Assembly (NCBI GenBank): GCA_050015075.1
Contig: JBEKCB010000012.1
Location: 52,036 to 116,035, forward strand
Direction of reading: 5' to 3'
Source: Candidatus Brocadiia bacterium
Lineage (GTDB): Bacteria; Planctomycetota; Brocadiia; CAIUPP01
DNA length: 64,000 bases
Below are positions 37,221 through 45,814 of this stretch, in pieces (position 1 is the first letter of the stretch; each line of letters starts with the position of its first letter). The notes beneath the pieces were generated by a model, which saw nothing but the letters and a program-made list of their open reading frames with translations, did not search any database and was not told the origin of the DNA. The position numbers and the translations under genes were made by a program.

Positions 37221-38977
37221 CGGATCCCTCGTGGCAGTTTCGCCGAATAGGTGGTGTGCAGCAGTTCGCGCGCCTTCGGGGAGAAGACCTCGCCGAGGAA
37301 CTCGCTGTAAAGCTGCTGGACGGCCGGGTTCTCGTGAGAGCGGCGCAGGGTCTTGGCGCCGTCAATCGCGTAAAGCGCGCGGGCGCGCGCGGCGAGCAGG
37401 GCCGGATCAAGCGCCTTTACGCCGCGCGGCGGATACGGCTGGCCGCCGCCGCCGATGCAGCCGCCGGGGCAGGCCATGAGTTCGATCATGTGGAACTGCT
37501 TCTCGCCGCGGAGGACTTCGTCGAGGATGGTCTTCGCGTTGGTCAGGCCGTTGGCGACGCCGACGCGCAGGAGCTGGTCGCCGATCGCGACGGTTTCCTC
37601 GCGCAGCCCTTCCACCGCGCGGACCTCCTTGAATTCCACCCGGTGCCCGGGCTTGCCGGTGGTGAGTTCGCCGGCGGTGCGGAGCGTGGCCTCCATCACG
37701 CCGCCGGTGGTGCCGAAGATGTCGCCGGCGCCGGTGGCGATGCCGAGCGGCGCGTCGAATTCGCCGTCGGGCAGATGGACGAAATCAATCCCGTAGGACT
37801 TGATCATCCAGATCAGCTCGCGCGTGGTCAGGACGGCGTCGGTGTAGGGGACGCCCTTGACGAAATAGTGCTCGGGCCGGCGCGACTCGTACTTCTTCGC
37901 CACACAAGGCATGACCGCGACGACGTAGATGTTCGCCGGGTCCAGGCCGGCCTTCTGCGCGTAGTAGGTCTTGATCAGCGCCGACAGCATCATCATCGGC
38001 GAGCGGCAACTCGAGGCGTTCGGGATCAGTTCGGGATAGAACTTCTCGAGGAAGTTGACCCAGCCCGGCGAGCAGCTCGTCAGCATCGGCAGCGGGCCTT
38101 CGCCCTTGAGCCGGCGGAGGAACTCGTGCGCCTCCTCGACGATCGTCAGGTCGGCGGCCAGGTCGGTGTCGAACACGCGGTCCACGCCGAGCCGCCGCAG
38201 CGCGGTGACCAGCTTGCCGGTGGCCGGCGTGCCCGGCGGCAGCTCGAAACCCTCGCCGATGGCCGCGCGGATCGAGGGCGCGGTCTGGACGACGACGTGC
38301 TTCTTCGGGTCGGCGATGGCCGCGAACACCTCTTCCGTCGCGCGCTTCTCCAGGAACGCCGCGGTCGGGCAGACGTTGATGCACTGCCCGCACTGGATGC
38401 AGACCGAGTCGCGCATCGTGGAGCCGTGCGCGGGCGTGACGACGGCGGAGAAACCGCGCCAGTGGCGGCTGAGGTTGTACACGCCCTGGACTTCGGCGCA
38501 CACGCGCGTGCACCGGCCGCAGAGGACGCACTTCTCGGAATCGCGCACGACCGAATCGCTCTCGTCCTCGATCGCGAAGCGCTTGCGCTCGCCCTCGAAG
38601 AGCCGCTCGCGGACGCCGAACGCGTAGGCCAGGTTCTGCAGCTCGCAGTTGCCGTCGCGCTCGCAAGTCTGGCAGTCCTTCGGATGGTTGTCGAGCAGCA
38701 GTTCGACGATGTCGCGCCGCGCCTGCCGGATCTCGGGCGAATTGGTCTGGACGATCATCCCTTCCCAGACCGTCGAGCTGCACGCGGCCATGTAGAAGCC
38801 CATGTCCTTCACGTCCACGATGCAGACGCGGCATCCGCCGGCGAGGCTCAGGTCGGGATGGTAGCAGAGGCGCGGGATGTGAATCCCCAGCGTCTCGGCC
38901 GCCTCCATGATCGTGGTGCCTTCCTTGACGGAGATCTTCTGGTCGTCCAGAGTCAGCGCGATCATCTTCTTGCTCAT
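37217..38977 (-). CDS. hydA: [FeFe]-hydrogenase group A3 catalytic subunit
   Basis: H-cluster motifs TSCSPGW, MPCVAKKYE, ELMACPGGCIGGGGQP. N-terminal 2Fe-2S, His-ligated 4Fe-4S (HPKDCQTCERDGNC) and two 4Fe-4S motifs. Confidence 0.95.
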   Translation of the reverse strand: MSKKMIALTLDDQKISVKEGTTIMEAAETLGIHIPRLCYHPDLSLAGGCRVCIVDVKDMGFYMAACSSTVWEGMIVQTNSPEIRQARRDIVELLLDNHPKDCQTCERDGNCELQNLAYAFGVRERLFEGERKRFAIEDESDSVVRDSEKCVLCGRCTRVCAEVQGVYNLSRHWRGFSAVVTPAHGSTMRDSVCIQCGQCINVCPTAAFLEKRATEEVFAAIADPKKHVVVQTAPSIRAAIGEGFELPPGTPATGKLVTALRRLGVDRVFDTDLAADLTIVEEAHEFLRRLKGEGPLPMLTSCSPGWVNFLEKFYPELIPNASSCRSPMMMLSALIKTYYAQKAGLDPANIYVVAVMPCVAKKYESRRPEHYFVKGVPYTDAVLTTRELIWMIKSYGIDFVHLPDGEFDAPLGIATGAGDIFGTTGGVMEATLRTAGELTTGKPGHRVEFKEVRAVEGLREETVAIGDQLLRVGVANGLTNAKTILDEVLRGEKQFHMIELMACPGGCIGGGGQPYPPRGVKALDPALLAARARALYAIDGAKTLRRSHENPAVQQLYSEFLGEVFSPKARELLHTTYSAKLPRGIR

Positions 38978-39009
38978 CGTTCCACTCCCAAAGCGGCGAC
39001 GGCGCGTTG

Positions 39010-41028
39010 CTATCCGCGGCGCAGGCCGGCGCATTTCCCGGCGGGGCAGCGTTTCTCGACGACGTGCGCGACGTACTCGTCGCGGTAGTGCGTCAGCGTG
39101 CTGAGGATCGGGTTGGGCGCGTTGCGGCCGAGACCGCAGAGGCTGGCCTTGCGCATCAGCTTCGCCAACCGCTCCAGCCGCTCGATGTCCTCCGGCCGGC
39201 CCTGGCCGGAGGTGATACGCTGGAGGATTTCCAGCATGCGCTTGGTCCCTTCGCGGCAGGGCGTGCACTTGCCGCACGATTCGTCCTGCGAGAACGTCAG
39301 GAAGTACTTCGCGATGTCCACCATGCAGTCATCCTCGTCCATCACGATCATGCCGCCGGAGCCCATGATGGCCCCGACCTTGGCGAGCGTATCGTAGTCC
39401 ACCGGCGTATCGAGCAGCTTCTCCGGCACGCAGCCGCCGGCGGGGCCGCCGGTCTGGACGGCCTTGAGCCGCTTGCCGTTCGGCGAGCCGCCGCCGATGT
39501 CCACAACGATCTCGCGCAGCGTCGTCCCGATCGGAACCTCGACGAGGCCGGTGTGCTCGACCTTGCCGGCCAGCGCGAAGGCCTTCGTCCCGCCGCTGTT
39601 CGCCGTGCCGATGCGGCTGAACCAATCGGCGCCGTAATAGATGATCGCACCGATGTTGGCCAGCGTCTCGACGTTGTTGATGACCGTCGGCTTGCCCCAC
39701 AGGCCGCTCTGCGTCGGATAGGGCGGCCGGATGCGCGGCTCGCCGCGCTCGCCCTCGATCGAGTGGATCAGCGAGGTCTCCTCGCCGCAGACGAACGCGC
39801 CGGCGCCCAGGCGGATTTCGAGGTCGAAGCTGAAATCCGATCCGAAGATATTCGGCCCGAGGACGCCGTGCTTGCGGCACTGGTCAATGGCGTTCTGGAC
39901 GCGCTGGATCGCCATCGGGTATTCGGCGCGGATGTAGAAAAATCCGCGCTGCGCGCCGATGGCGTAACCGCCGATGATCATCCCCTCGATCACGCTGAAC
40001 GGGTCGCCCTCGAGCATGCTGCGGTCCATGAATGCGCCCGGGTCGCCCTCGTCGGCGTTGCAGATAATGTAGCGCACCGGCTCCTTCGCCGCGGCGGCCA
40101 TCTGCCACTTCTGCCCGGTGGGATAGCCCGCCCCGCCGCGCCCGCGCAATTTCGAGCGCGCGATCTCGCCGATCACCCATTTCGGGTCGCGCTTCTCCAG
40201 CACCTTCGCCAGCGAATGGAAGCCCTTGTAATGGACGTACTCGAAAATGTTGTCCGGGTCAATCACGCCGCTGTTCCGCAGCGAAATGCGGCACTGGCGG
40301 TTGAAGAACGCCACGTCGCCGTACAGGTTGAAAAACCGCTGGCTGAGCGTGTGCCCCTTCAGCCGCAGGCGCTCGACCGGCTTGTTCGCCAGGACGTGGC
40401 TCTTGACGATCTCGTCGAGGTCCTTCTCGTCGGCGATGCGATACAGGATGCGGCTCGGCAGGACGAGCAGGTGCGTGACTTTCCCCGATTCTTCGGGCCC
40501 GCAGAGTCCGAAGCAGCCGGCGGATAAAACGGCGCAGCGGCGCTCGTCGAGCCCGGCGGCGCGGAGCTTTTTCAGCAGAAGGCTGCTGAAGTTCTGCTCC
40601 AGGTTCCGCCCGCAGCGCTGGCCGGAGCAGAAGAGGAACTCCTGAAGCGGCAGCGCCTCGGCGAAGCTGTCGAGCACGTGGTCGAGCCGCGGCTTGCCGC
40701 CGAGGATGTGATCCGTGAAAATATCGTGGACGGCCTCGCGGTCCACGCGCTGATATTTCACCGGGATCTGGCCGGGCATCAGCACGCGGACGATCGGCTC
40801 GCAACTGCACCGGCCGGTGCAACCGGTCTGCCGCACGACGATATCCTGTCGGCCGGACGTGGCGATGTGCTTGCGGAATTCCGCCAGCACCTCCGCCGCG
40901 CCGGAGGCGTTCTCGCACGTCGCCGAGCCGACCGAGATGCGGATTTTCGTCGCATCCTCCCGCGCCGCCAGCGCGCGCTCGGCCTCGTCGGCGAACTTCT
41001 GGTACTGGATCGTCACTGGACTGTCCAT
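39010..41028 (-). CDS. hydB: [FeFe]-hydrogenase beta subunit (NuoF-like FMN/NADH subunit with two N-terminal thioredoxin-like ferredoxin domains)
   Basis: LRGRGGAGYPTG, CNADEGDPGAFMDR, GAGAFVCGEETSLI, ESCGKCTPCREG, LCGLG. N-terminal TGCTGRCSCEP and AGCFGLC. Confidence 0.92.
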   Translation of the reverse strand: MDSPVTIQYQKFADEAERALAAREDATKIRISVGSATCENASGAAEVLAEFRKHIATSGRQDIVVRQTGCTGRCSCEPIVRVLMPGQIPVKYQRVDREAVHDIFTDHILGGKPRLDHVLDSFAEALPLQEFLFCSGQRCGRNLEQNFSSLLLKKLRAAGLDERRCAVLSAGCFGLCGPEESGKVTHLLVLPSRILYRIADEKDLDEIVKSHVLANKPVERLRLKGHTLSQRFFNLYGDVAFFNRQCRISLRNSGVIDPDNIFEYVHYKGFHSLAKVLEKRDPKWVIGEIARSKLRGRGGAGYPTGQKWQMAAAAKEPVRYIICNADEGDPGAFMDRSMLEGDPFSVIEGMIIGGYAIGAQRGFFYIRAEYPMAIQRVQNAIDQCRKHGVLGPNIFGSDFSFDLEIRLGAGAFVCGEETSLIHSIEGERGEPRIRPPYPTQSGLWGKPTVINNVETLANIGAIIYYGADWFSRIGTANSGGTKAFALAGKVEHTGLVEVPIGTTLREIVVDIGGGSPNGKRLKAVQTGGPAGGCVPEKLLDTPVDYDTLAKVGAIMGSGGMIVMDEDDCMVDIAKYFLTFSQDESCGKCTPCREGTKRMLEILQRITSGQGRPEDIERLERLAKLMRKASLCGLGRNAPNPILSTLTHYRDEYVAHVVEKRCPAGKCAGLRRG

Positions 41029-41115
41029 CGGGCATTCCTCACGGCAAGCAGAGACAAACCGGCGGGCCTGCGCTCTTCGAGGGGCGAGTTTCCCGGCCAC
41101 CATCGGGTTGCGGAA

Positions 41116-42306
41116 TTATATACCGGAACCCGGCGGACGCGCAACCCCGGAGGACTCCGGCGAACGCAGGAAAAACAAACTGCTCGTCAAGAGAAGGAGC
41201 AACGTCGTTGTTCCGGGCCTGCTGCTCGGCGGAAGGATAACCAGGCCGGCGATAACGATGGTCGCGATCAGTCTGTGGATGGCGCGCCCTCGTAACAGGA
41301 AATAACCCAGGACAGGGAACAACGGCATGAGAGCGTAATTCCAGCAGAGCGGCAAAAACATGACGGCGAAAAAGCTGTACAGGAAGAAAGAATAATCCGG
41401 CGATGCCATCGGCCTGAAAAGAGGCATCCGGTTCCGCCAGATCAGCAGGCCGATATATGCGGCAACCGCTGCCAAGCCGCCGACGCCGAAGCGAAACCAG
41501 GCTTGAGCGAACGGGAAAATATTATCCGCTCGCGTGAATTGTCCCCAGGTATTTCCCTGCCCGGACATGGAAATATACTGGCAGAAGGCCGCCGGACTGA
41601 GACAGAGAACAACCGCAACGGCGCATGTCCACACGATCAGAATGCCGATGGCGGCGCGGTATTTCCGGGCGAACAGGAAGTACGCCGCGATGCCGATTGG
41701 GAGCAGCTTGGTCAACGAGGCAATTCCGATTCCAATGCCGGACCAGAGCGTTCGGTGAAAACGATACCGATATGCCATGGCGACACCGGCAAGCCAGATC
41801 GGGGTGAGTTGGTGAAAAGAGCCGTTGAACGGCTCCCACAGAACACCCGCCCAGAGCGAGAAGCCGACGGCCGGCATCCATCGTATCCCGTAGCACAGCA
41901 GGCTGAGGAAAATGAGCAACACGCACAGGAAAAACCAGACTTGGGCGGCTCTCAACAACGGCAAATATGCAATCGGCGCGGCAAAGAGAAATGCCGTCGG
42001 CGGATGAGTGCTCGCGAAGGGCATCTCGCTGGTCTGGATTCCGATTTTTCCCAACGCGTCATTGAGAATGGGATACGCGTCTCGCCTCTCGCAGAGACAC
42101 CGAAAGCCGATAACGTCTTGAAACACGTCGCCCAGGTCGCCGGTGCCGTCCGCCATTCGGGAAAGAACTTCCATTCGGAAAAACATGCGTTGCGGCAGGT
42201 GAGTCGAAAGATAGGCGCAGGGCCAAAGGTGCAGGTACGCGAACAGCGCGATGATTCCAGACAGCAGGCACAGCCGGTCAAATGCGTTCTTATCAATGAA
42301 CTTCAT
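41116..42306 (-). CDS. Glycosyltransferase family 87 (DUF2029)-like membrane protein
   Basis: STHPPTAFLFAAP, GIGIGIASLTKLLP, PLCWNY, multiple TM helices; visibly lower GC. Confidence 0.75.
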   Translation of the reverse strand: MKFIDKNAFDRLCLLSGIIALFAYLHLWPCAYLSTHLPQRMFFRMEVLSRMADGTGDLGDVFQDVIGFRCLCERRDAYPILNDALGKIGIQTSEMPFASTHPPTAFLFAAPIAYLPLLRAAQVWFFLCVLLIFLSLLCYGIRWMPAVGFSLWAGVLWEPFNGSFHQLTPIWLAGVAMAYRYRFHRTLWSGIGIGIASLTKLLPIGIAAYFLFARKYRAAIGILIVWTCAVAVVLCLSPAAFCQYISMSGQGNTWGQFTRADNIFPFAQAWFRFGVGGLAAVAAYIGLLIWRNRMPLFRPMASPDYSFFLYSFFAVMFLPLCWNYALMPLFPVLGYFLLRGRAIHRLIATIVIAGLVILPPSSRPGTTTLLLLLTSSLFFLRSPESSGVARPPGSGI

Positions 42307-42346
42307 CTTGGGGCATATTCCGGCGTATTCGAACTCCGAATAATAG

Positions 42347-42418
42347 GAATAACAGGGACAGGCGCCGTCTTATGGACTCTCGGGAAAACAGAGCCTGTCC
42401 CCATTCAACCTGTTATTC
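42347..42418. repeat. Short nested inverted-repeat element (MITE/REP-like)
   Basis: GAATAACAGG/CCTGTTATTC outer arms and GGGACAGGC (42355..42363)/GCCTGTCCC (42393..42401) inner arms. Confidence 0.5.
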
Positions 42419-42784
42419 GCGCCTTTTGGCAAAGTCAGGCGGTTCGTAAGTCGAGCGCACTTCCCCGACGCTACTTATTTCAGACCCCCATGACTTTTCA
42501 TCACCGTATTTCGCCTTGGCCTCTTCCCGCGAAAGACATCTCAACGCCGGAGGGCCGCCTCCGTGCGTGTAGCCTTCAGGATACGTTTGCTCCCAATAAC
42601 GTCCATCATCGGGATCCTGGAAGAGCGTTTCCCAAGCGCCGTACTCTTTGCTGATCGCAAGTCTTCGCAAGTGGTTAGCGGCCAGCCATTGTACCCGCTC
42701 GTATGTGGCGTCTCCGCGAACCTGGCCATTTAGCACGAACCACTTCCCGACCAACTCGGTTTCTTCCGGTTGCAACCTCATCAT
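42413..42784 (-). CDS. Imm27-family immunity protein
   Basis: ETELVGKW, ERVQWL, GAWETLFQDPDDGRYWEQTYP..HGGGPPALRCLS.EEA..KY. Confidence 0.85.
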   Translation of the reverse strand: MMRLQPEETELVGKWFVLNGQVRGDATYERVQWLAANHLRRLAISKEYGAWETLFQDPDDGRYWEQTYPEGYTHGGGPPALRCLSREEAKAKYGDEKSWGSEISSVGEVRSTYEPPDFAKRRE

Positions 42785-42927
42785 TTCAATTCAGCCTTAT
42801 GAGCGCAGTAGCCTGTCGTTACGGAAGCGGACCATCCCATTGAAATTCCCGTGAAGCTGCGAGGACATATGACCTGGTTCCTTCGTCCGCTGCGTCCTCT
42901 CGGACTGCACCCGTGTTGCCCAAGCAG

Positions 42928-42956
42928 AATCTACCCAGCGATAGAGGCATTGTCAA
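42928..42956 (-). promoter_or_regulatory. Sigma70-like promoter TTGACA-N17-TAGATT
   Basis: Upstream of the Imm27 and GT87 genes. Confidence 0.55.
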
Positions 42957-42984
42957 CGAAAACAACGTCATGCGTCGGCCCCAA

Positions 42985-44376
42985 TCAGGGCTTCTTGTCC
43001 GGTTCGCCAAAGACGAGCGGGAGGGAGAAGGTGAAGGTGGAGCCCTGATTTTTCCCCTTGCTTTCCACGCGGACGGCGCCACGGCAGGACTGGACAAGTT
43101 TGTTGACCAGCGCCAGCCCTAAGCCGGTGCCCTTCACGCCGGAGGTGCGGCGGATGCGGCCGAATTCCTGGAACAGGTTCGCCCGTTCCTCCGGCGTCAG
43201 GCCCGCGCCGGTGTCGGCGACGTGCACGGAGAAGCCGGCCGCATCGCGCGTGACGGAGATTCTGACGCCGCCTGCGCTCGTGTACTTGATGGCGTTATTC
43301 ACCAGGTTCTGCGCCAGCGTCCGCACCACGAACGGATCGCCTCGCACGGGGAATTCCTCCCACGGCTCGATCCGGATCGAAAGCCCCTTGTCCTCGGCCA
43401 GGATGCGCTGGTTCTCGACCACGTCTTCCAGGACGGCCTTCAAGTCCACCGGCTCCTGCGTCACAACCAGCGTCATCTGGTCGAGCTTCGAGAGCGAAAG
43501 GAAGTCGTCCACAAATGACTGGATGCGGTCCGTCGAGCGTGTCAGCAGGCGGACCAGCGCGTCGAGGCGCGCGCGGTCGGCGAGGATTTTCGGGTCGCGC
43601 AGGAGCGGGATGGCCATCGCCAGCGGCGAGAGCGGCGCGCGGAGTTCGTGAACCATGAAGCGGAAGAATTGCTCGCGCTCGCGCTGCAACCGGCGCAGCG
43701 CGGTGACGTCGCTCATCACGGCCACGCTGGCGGGCCGGCCTTCCCATTCGCTGCGGCGCGCGCAGACGATCACCTCGCGGATCGAGCCGTCGGCGTGGAG
43801 CAACTTGGTCTCGTACTCCTCGGGCGCGCCGCCGCCGGAGACGCGCGCGTGATAGACGTTCAGGTCGCGCTGCCGGACTTCCTCGTCGAGGATTTCGCCG
43901 TACTCGCGGCCGAGCAGTTCTTCCGCGCGGCGGCCGAGCAGGGCGCAGAACGCGCGGTTGACGAAGCCGATCCGGGAGTTCTCCACGACGACCAGCCCGC
44001 TGCGCATGTCGGAGACGAGCCGGCTGAAGCGCTCCTCGGAGCGGCGATGCGCCTCGACGGCCGAGAAGAGGTCCCAGAGCAGCAGCGCGGGATCCCCGGT
44101 GATCACCGAGGCGCCGTCGGGCAGAACCCGGCGAATGATACCGGACATGGCAGGGTCGCCGGTGACGTCAATGACGAACTGCGGCCGCGATTGTGCGACG
44201 GCGTCGGCCGCGTCCTTGTAGATCGGCAGTCTGCGCTCGGCCGCCGCCTTGACGCCGGGCGCCTGATCGCTCCGATCACAGACCGCGATCAGTATGAACT
44301 CCGGGTCGGCCAGCAGGTGCGGCAGGAGCGCGCTGCCGCCTTTGCCCAACCCGACAAGCAGCGTTCGGATTCCCAT
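42985..44376 (-). CDS. Cytoplasmic PAS sensor histidine kinase with N-terminal Rossmann-like domain
   Basis: LLVGLGKGG...IAVCD...APG...VIDVTG; PAS; FMVHELRAPL; NLVNNAIKYT; DTGAG; GTGLGL. Confidence 0.88.
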   Translation of the reverse strand: MGIRTLLVGLGKGGSALLPHLLADPEFILIAVCDRSDQAPGVKAAAERRLPIYKDAADAVAQSRPQFVIDVTGDPAMSGIIRRVLPDGASVITGDPALLLWDLFSAVEAHRRSEERFSRLVSDMRSGLVVVENSRIGFVNRAFCALLGRRAEELLGREYGEILDEEVRQRDLNVYHARVSGGGAPEEYETKLLHADGSIREVIVCARRSEWEGRPASVAVMSDVTALRRLQREREQFFRFMVHELRAPLSPLAMAIPLLRDPKILADRARLDALVRLLTRSTDRIQSFVDDFLSLSKLDQMTLVVTQEPVDLKAVLEDVVENQRILAEDKGLSIRIEPWEEFPVRGDPFVVRTLAQNLVNNAIKYTSAGGVRISVTRDAAGFSVHVADTGAGLTPEERANLFQEFGRIRRTSGVKGTGLGLALVNKLVQSCRGAVRVESKGKNQGSTFTFSLPLVFGEPDKKP

Positions 44377-44455
44377 AGGCCCGGATTCCCCATCTGACCG
44401 TTCGCCAAAGGACATGAGACTAAACGGTCGCATGGTCGCCGTCAAGGTTGCAGGG

Positions 44456-45268
44456 CTACTTCACCTCGAACTTGACGCTGACAATCGCGGTGATTTCCTT
44501 CTCGTAGGAGCTCGTGTCATTGTTGCCCTCCGACGAAGTGGCGAAGACGCCTTTCGGGTTGATCTGCATGACGCCCATCCGCGCCTCGACCAGCTTGCCG
44601 AGCCGGCCGTTGGCGTTGTTGACGATCTGTTCCGCGCGCACCGTGGCGTCCCTGGTCGCGTCGGCCAGCATGTTGATTTTCAGCTCGGAGAGTTTCGTGT
44701 AGAGGTAGCATGGCGCATCCGAATCAATCTCGACGCCGTCCTTGATCAGGCTGGTGACGTTGCGCGAGACGTCGGAGACTTTTTTCATGTCGGTGGAACT
44801 GATGCGGACGCACTGCGTGAGCGTGTACATCTCGACCTTGTCGGTGGTGATGATCGTCGGCGCGGCGGCAGTCGCGCCTGCGGCCGCGGGAGCTGCGGGG
44901 ACGATATCCTGGTGGAACCGGCGCGAGGTGTTGATGGCCGACAAGGTGATGTCCGATTCCGGGATGCCGCCGGCGATCAGGAAAGCCCTGGTCTTGTCGG
45001 ATGCGCTCTTCAGATCGTCGTAGGCCTTGACGAGGTTCGGGTCCTTTGCGGTGATCGTGCCGCACCATGTGACCAGGTCGGAGACTATGGCCTTGCGCGC
45101 GGAGCCGGTGACCGCCAGCGTCTTGGGCTCCAGCTTCACCGCCAGGTAGCACCAGCAGAGGATGGCTACGCATAAGACATTCGCAATGGCGAAAAAGACG
45201 CCGCCGGCGCGAAGCGTGACGACGATCTTTTCGGGCAGATTGGCCGGCTTGCTGTTGGTCTCGGACAT
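44456..45268 (-). CDS. SIMPL (DUF541) domain protein
   Basis: N-terminal TM; LAVTGSARK, YLYTKLSELKINML, ARMGVMQI, DTSSYEKEITAIVSVKF. Confidence 0.88.
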   Translation of the reverse strand: MSETNSKPANLPEKIVVTLRAGGVFFAIANVLCVAILCWCYLAVKLEPKTLAVTGSARKAIVSDLVTWCGTITAKDPNLVKAYDDLKSASDKTRAFLIAGGIPESDITLSAINTSRRFHQDIVPAAPAAAGATAAAPTIITTDKVEMYTLTQCVRISSTDMKKVSDVSRNVTSLIKDGVEIDSDAPCYLYTKLSELKINMLADATRDATVRAEQIVNNANGRLGKLVEARMGVMQINPKGVFATSSEGNNDTSSYEKEITAIVSVKFEVK

Positions 45269-45295
45269 GAATGGTCTCCTTTCAATTTTGGGTTT

Positions 45296-45418
45296 CTAAA
45301 ACCGAGCGCCGAGGTCGCCGCAGCAGAGCGACCGGAAGACCGCAAGCAGCCCGAGGAGGTTGATGACGGCGAGACTGACGGTGATCCAGGACCGGCAGGC
45401 GGAAATAGCCTTGCGCAT
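45296..45418 (-). CDS. Putative 40-aa single-TM small protein
   Basis: MRKAISACRSWITVSLAVINLLGLLAVFRSLCCGDLGARF*, with a GAAGGGG RBS; ends 27 nt before the SIMPL start. Confidence 0.4.
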   Translation of the reverse strand: MRKAISACRSWITVSLAVINLLGLLAVFRSLCCGDLGARF

Positions 45419-45634
45419 GGGCGCCCCTTCGGCCTCGTTTCAGTGCGCGGGATGCCGATACGGACACTGCTCGGCTTCCGGCGACTGATCGCCCCTGCGC
45501 AAGTTACGACCAACATGCAGCAACGTCTATATTCGAATCTCCCGCGTGGGAGTTATCAGTCGTGTTCTGCCGAACGCGCGGCATTATATCAAAATGAGAC
45601 ATTTTAACCAAAAATAGTAGGCCTGCGGCGAGAG

Positions 45635-45654
45635 TTATCCACAGTTTGTGCACA
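45635..45654 (+). promoter_or_regulatory. Two tandem DnaA-box-like 9-mers
   Basis: TTATCCACA (45635..45643) and TTGTGCACA (45646..45654), beside an AT-rich tract. Confidence 0.45.
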
Positions 45655-45730
45655 CTGCTGTTGCATTTTAGCTCGGTGGGACGCGTCTGTGGAAGTACTC
45701 GGAGAAAAGCGCGATGCCGTTGCTTGCACG

Positions 45731-45769
45731 TTAAGAAGCGACGCGCGGCGGGTTGCGCCGCGCGTCTTC
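45731..45769 (-). terminator. Stem-loop downstream of the 45815 gene
   Basis: Perfect 11-bp stem gacgcgcggcg/cgccgcgcgtc followed on the - strand by GCTTCTT. Confidence 0.55.
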
Positions 45770-45814
45770 GGATCGCTCAGCCGGCAAAATCCACGTATCG
45801 CACTACGGTCGAAA

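Noticed and set aside
36675-41028. Respiratory complex I nuoE/nuoF/nuoG
   Set aside because: The middle gene has H-cluster motifs and no other nuo genes are present.
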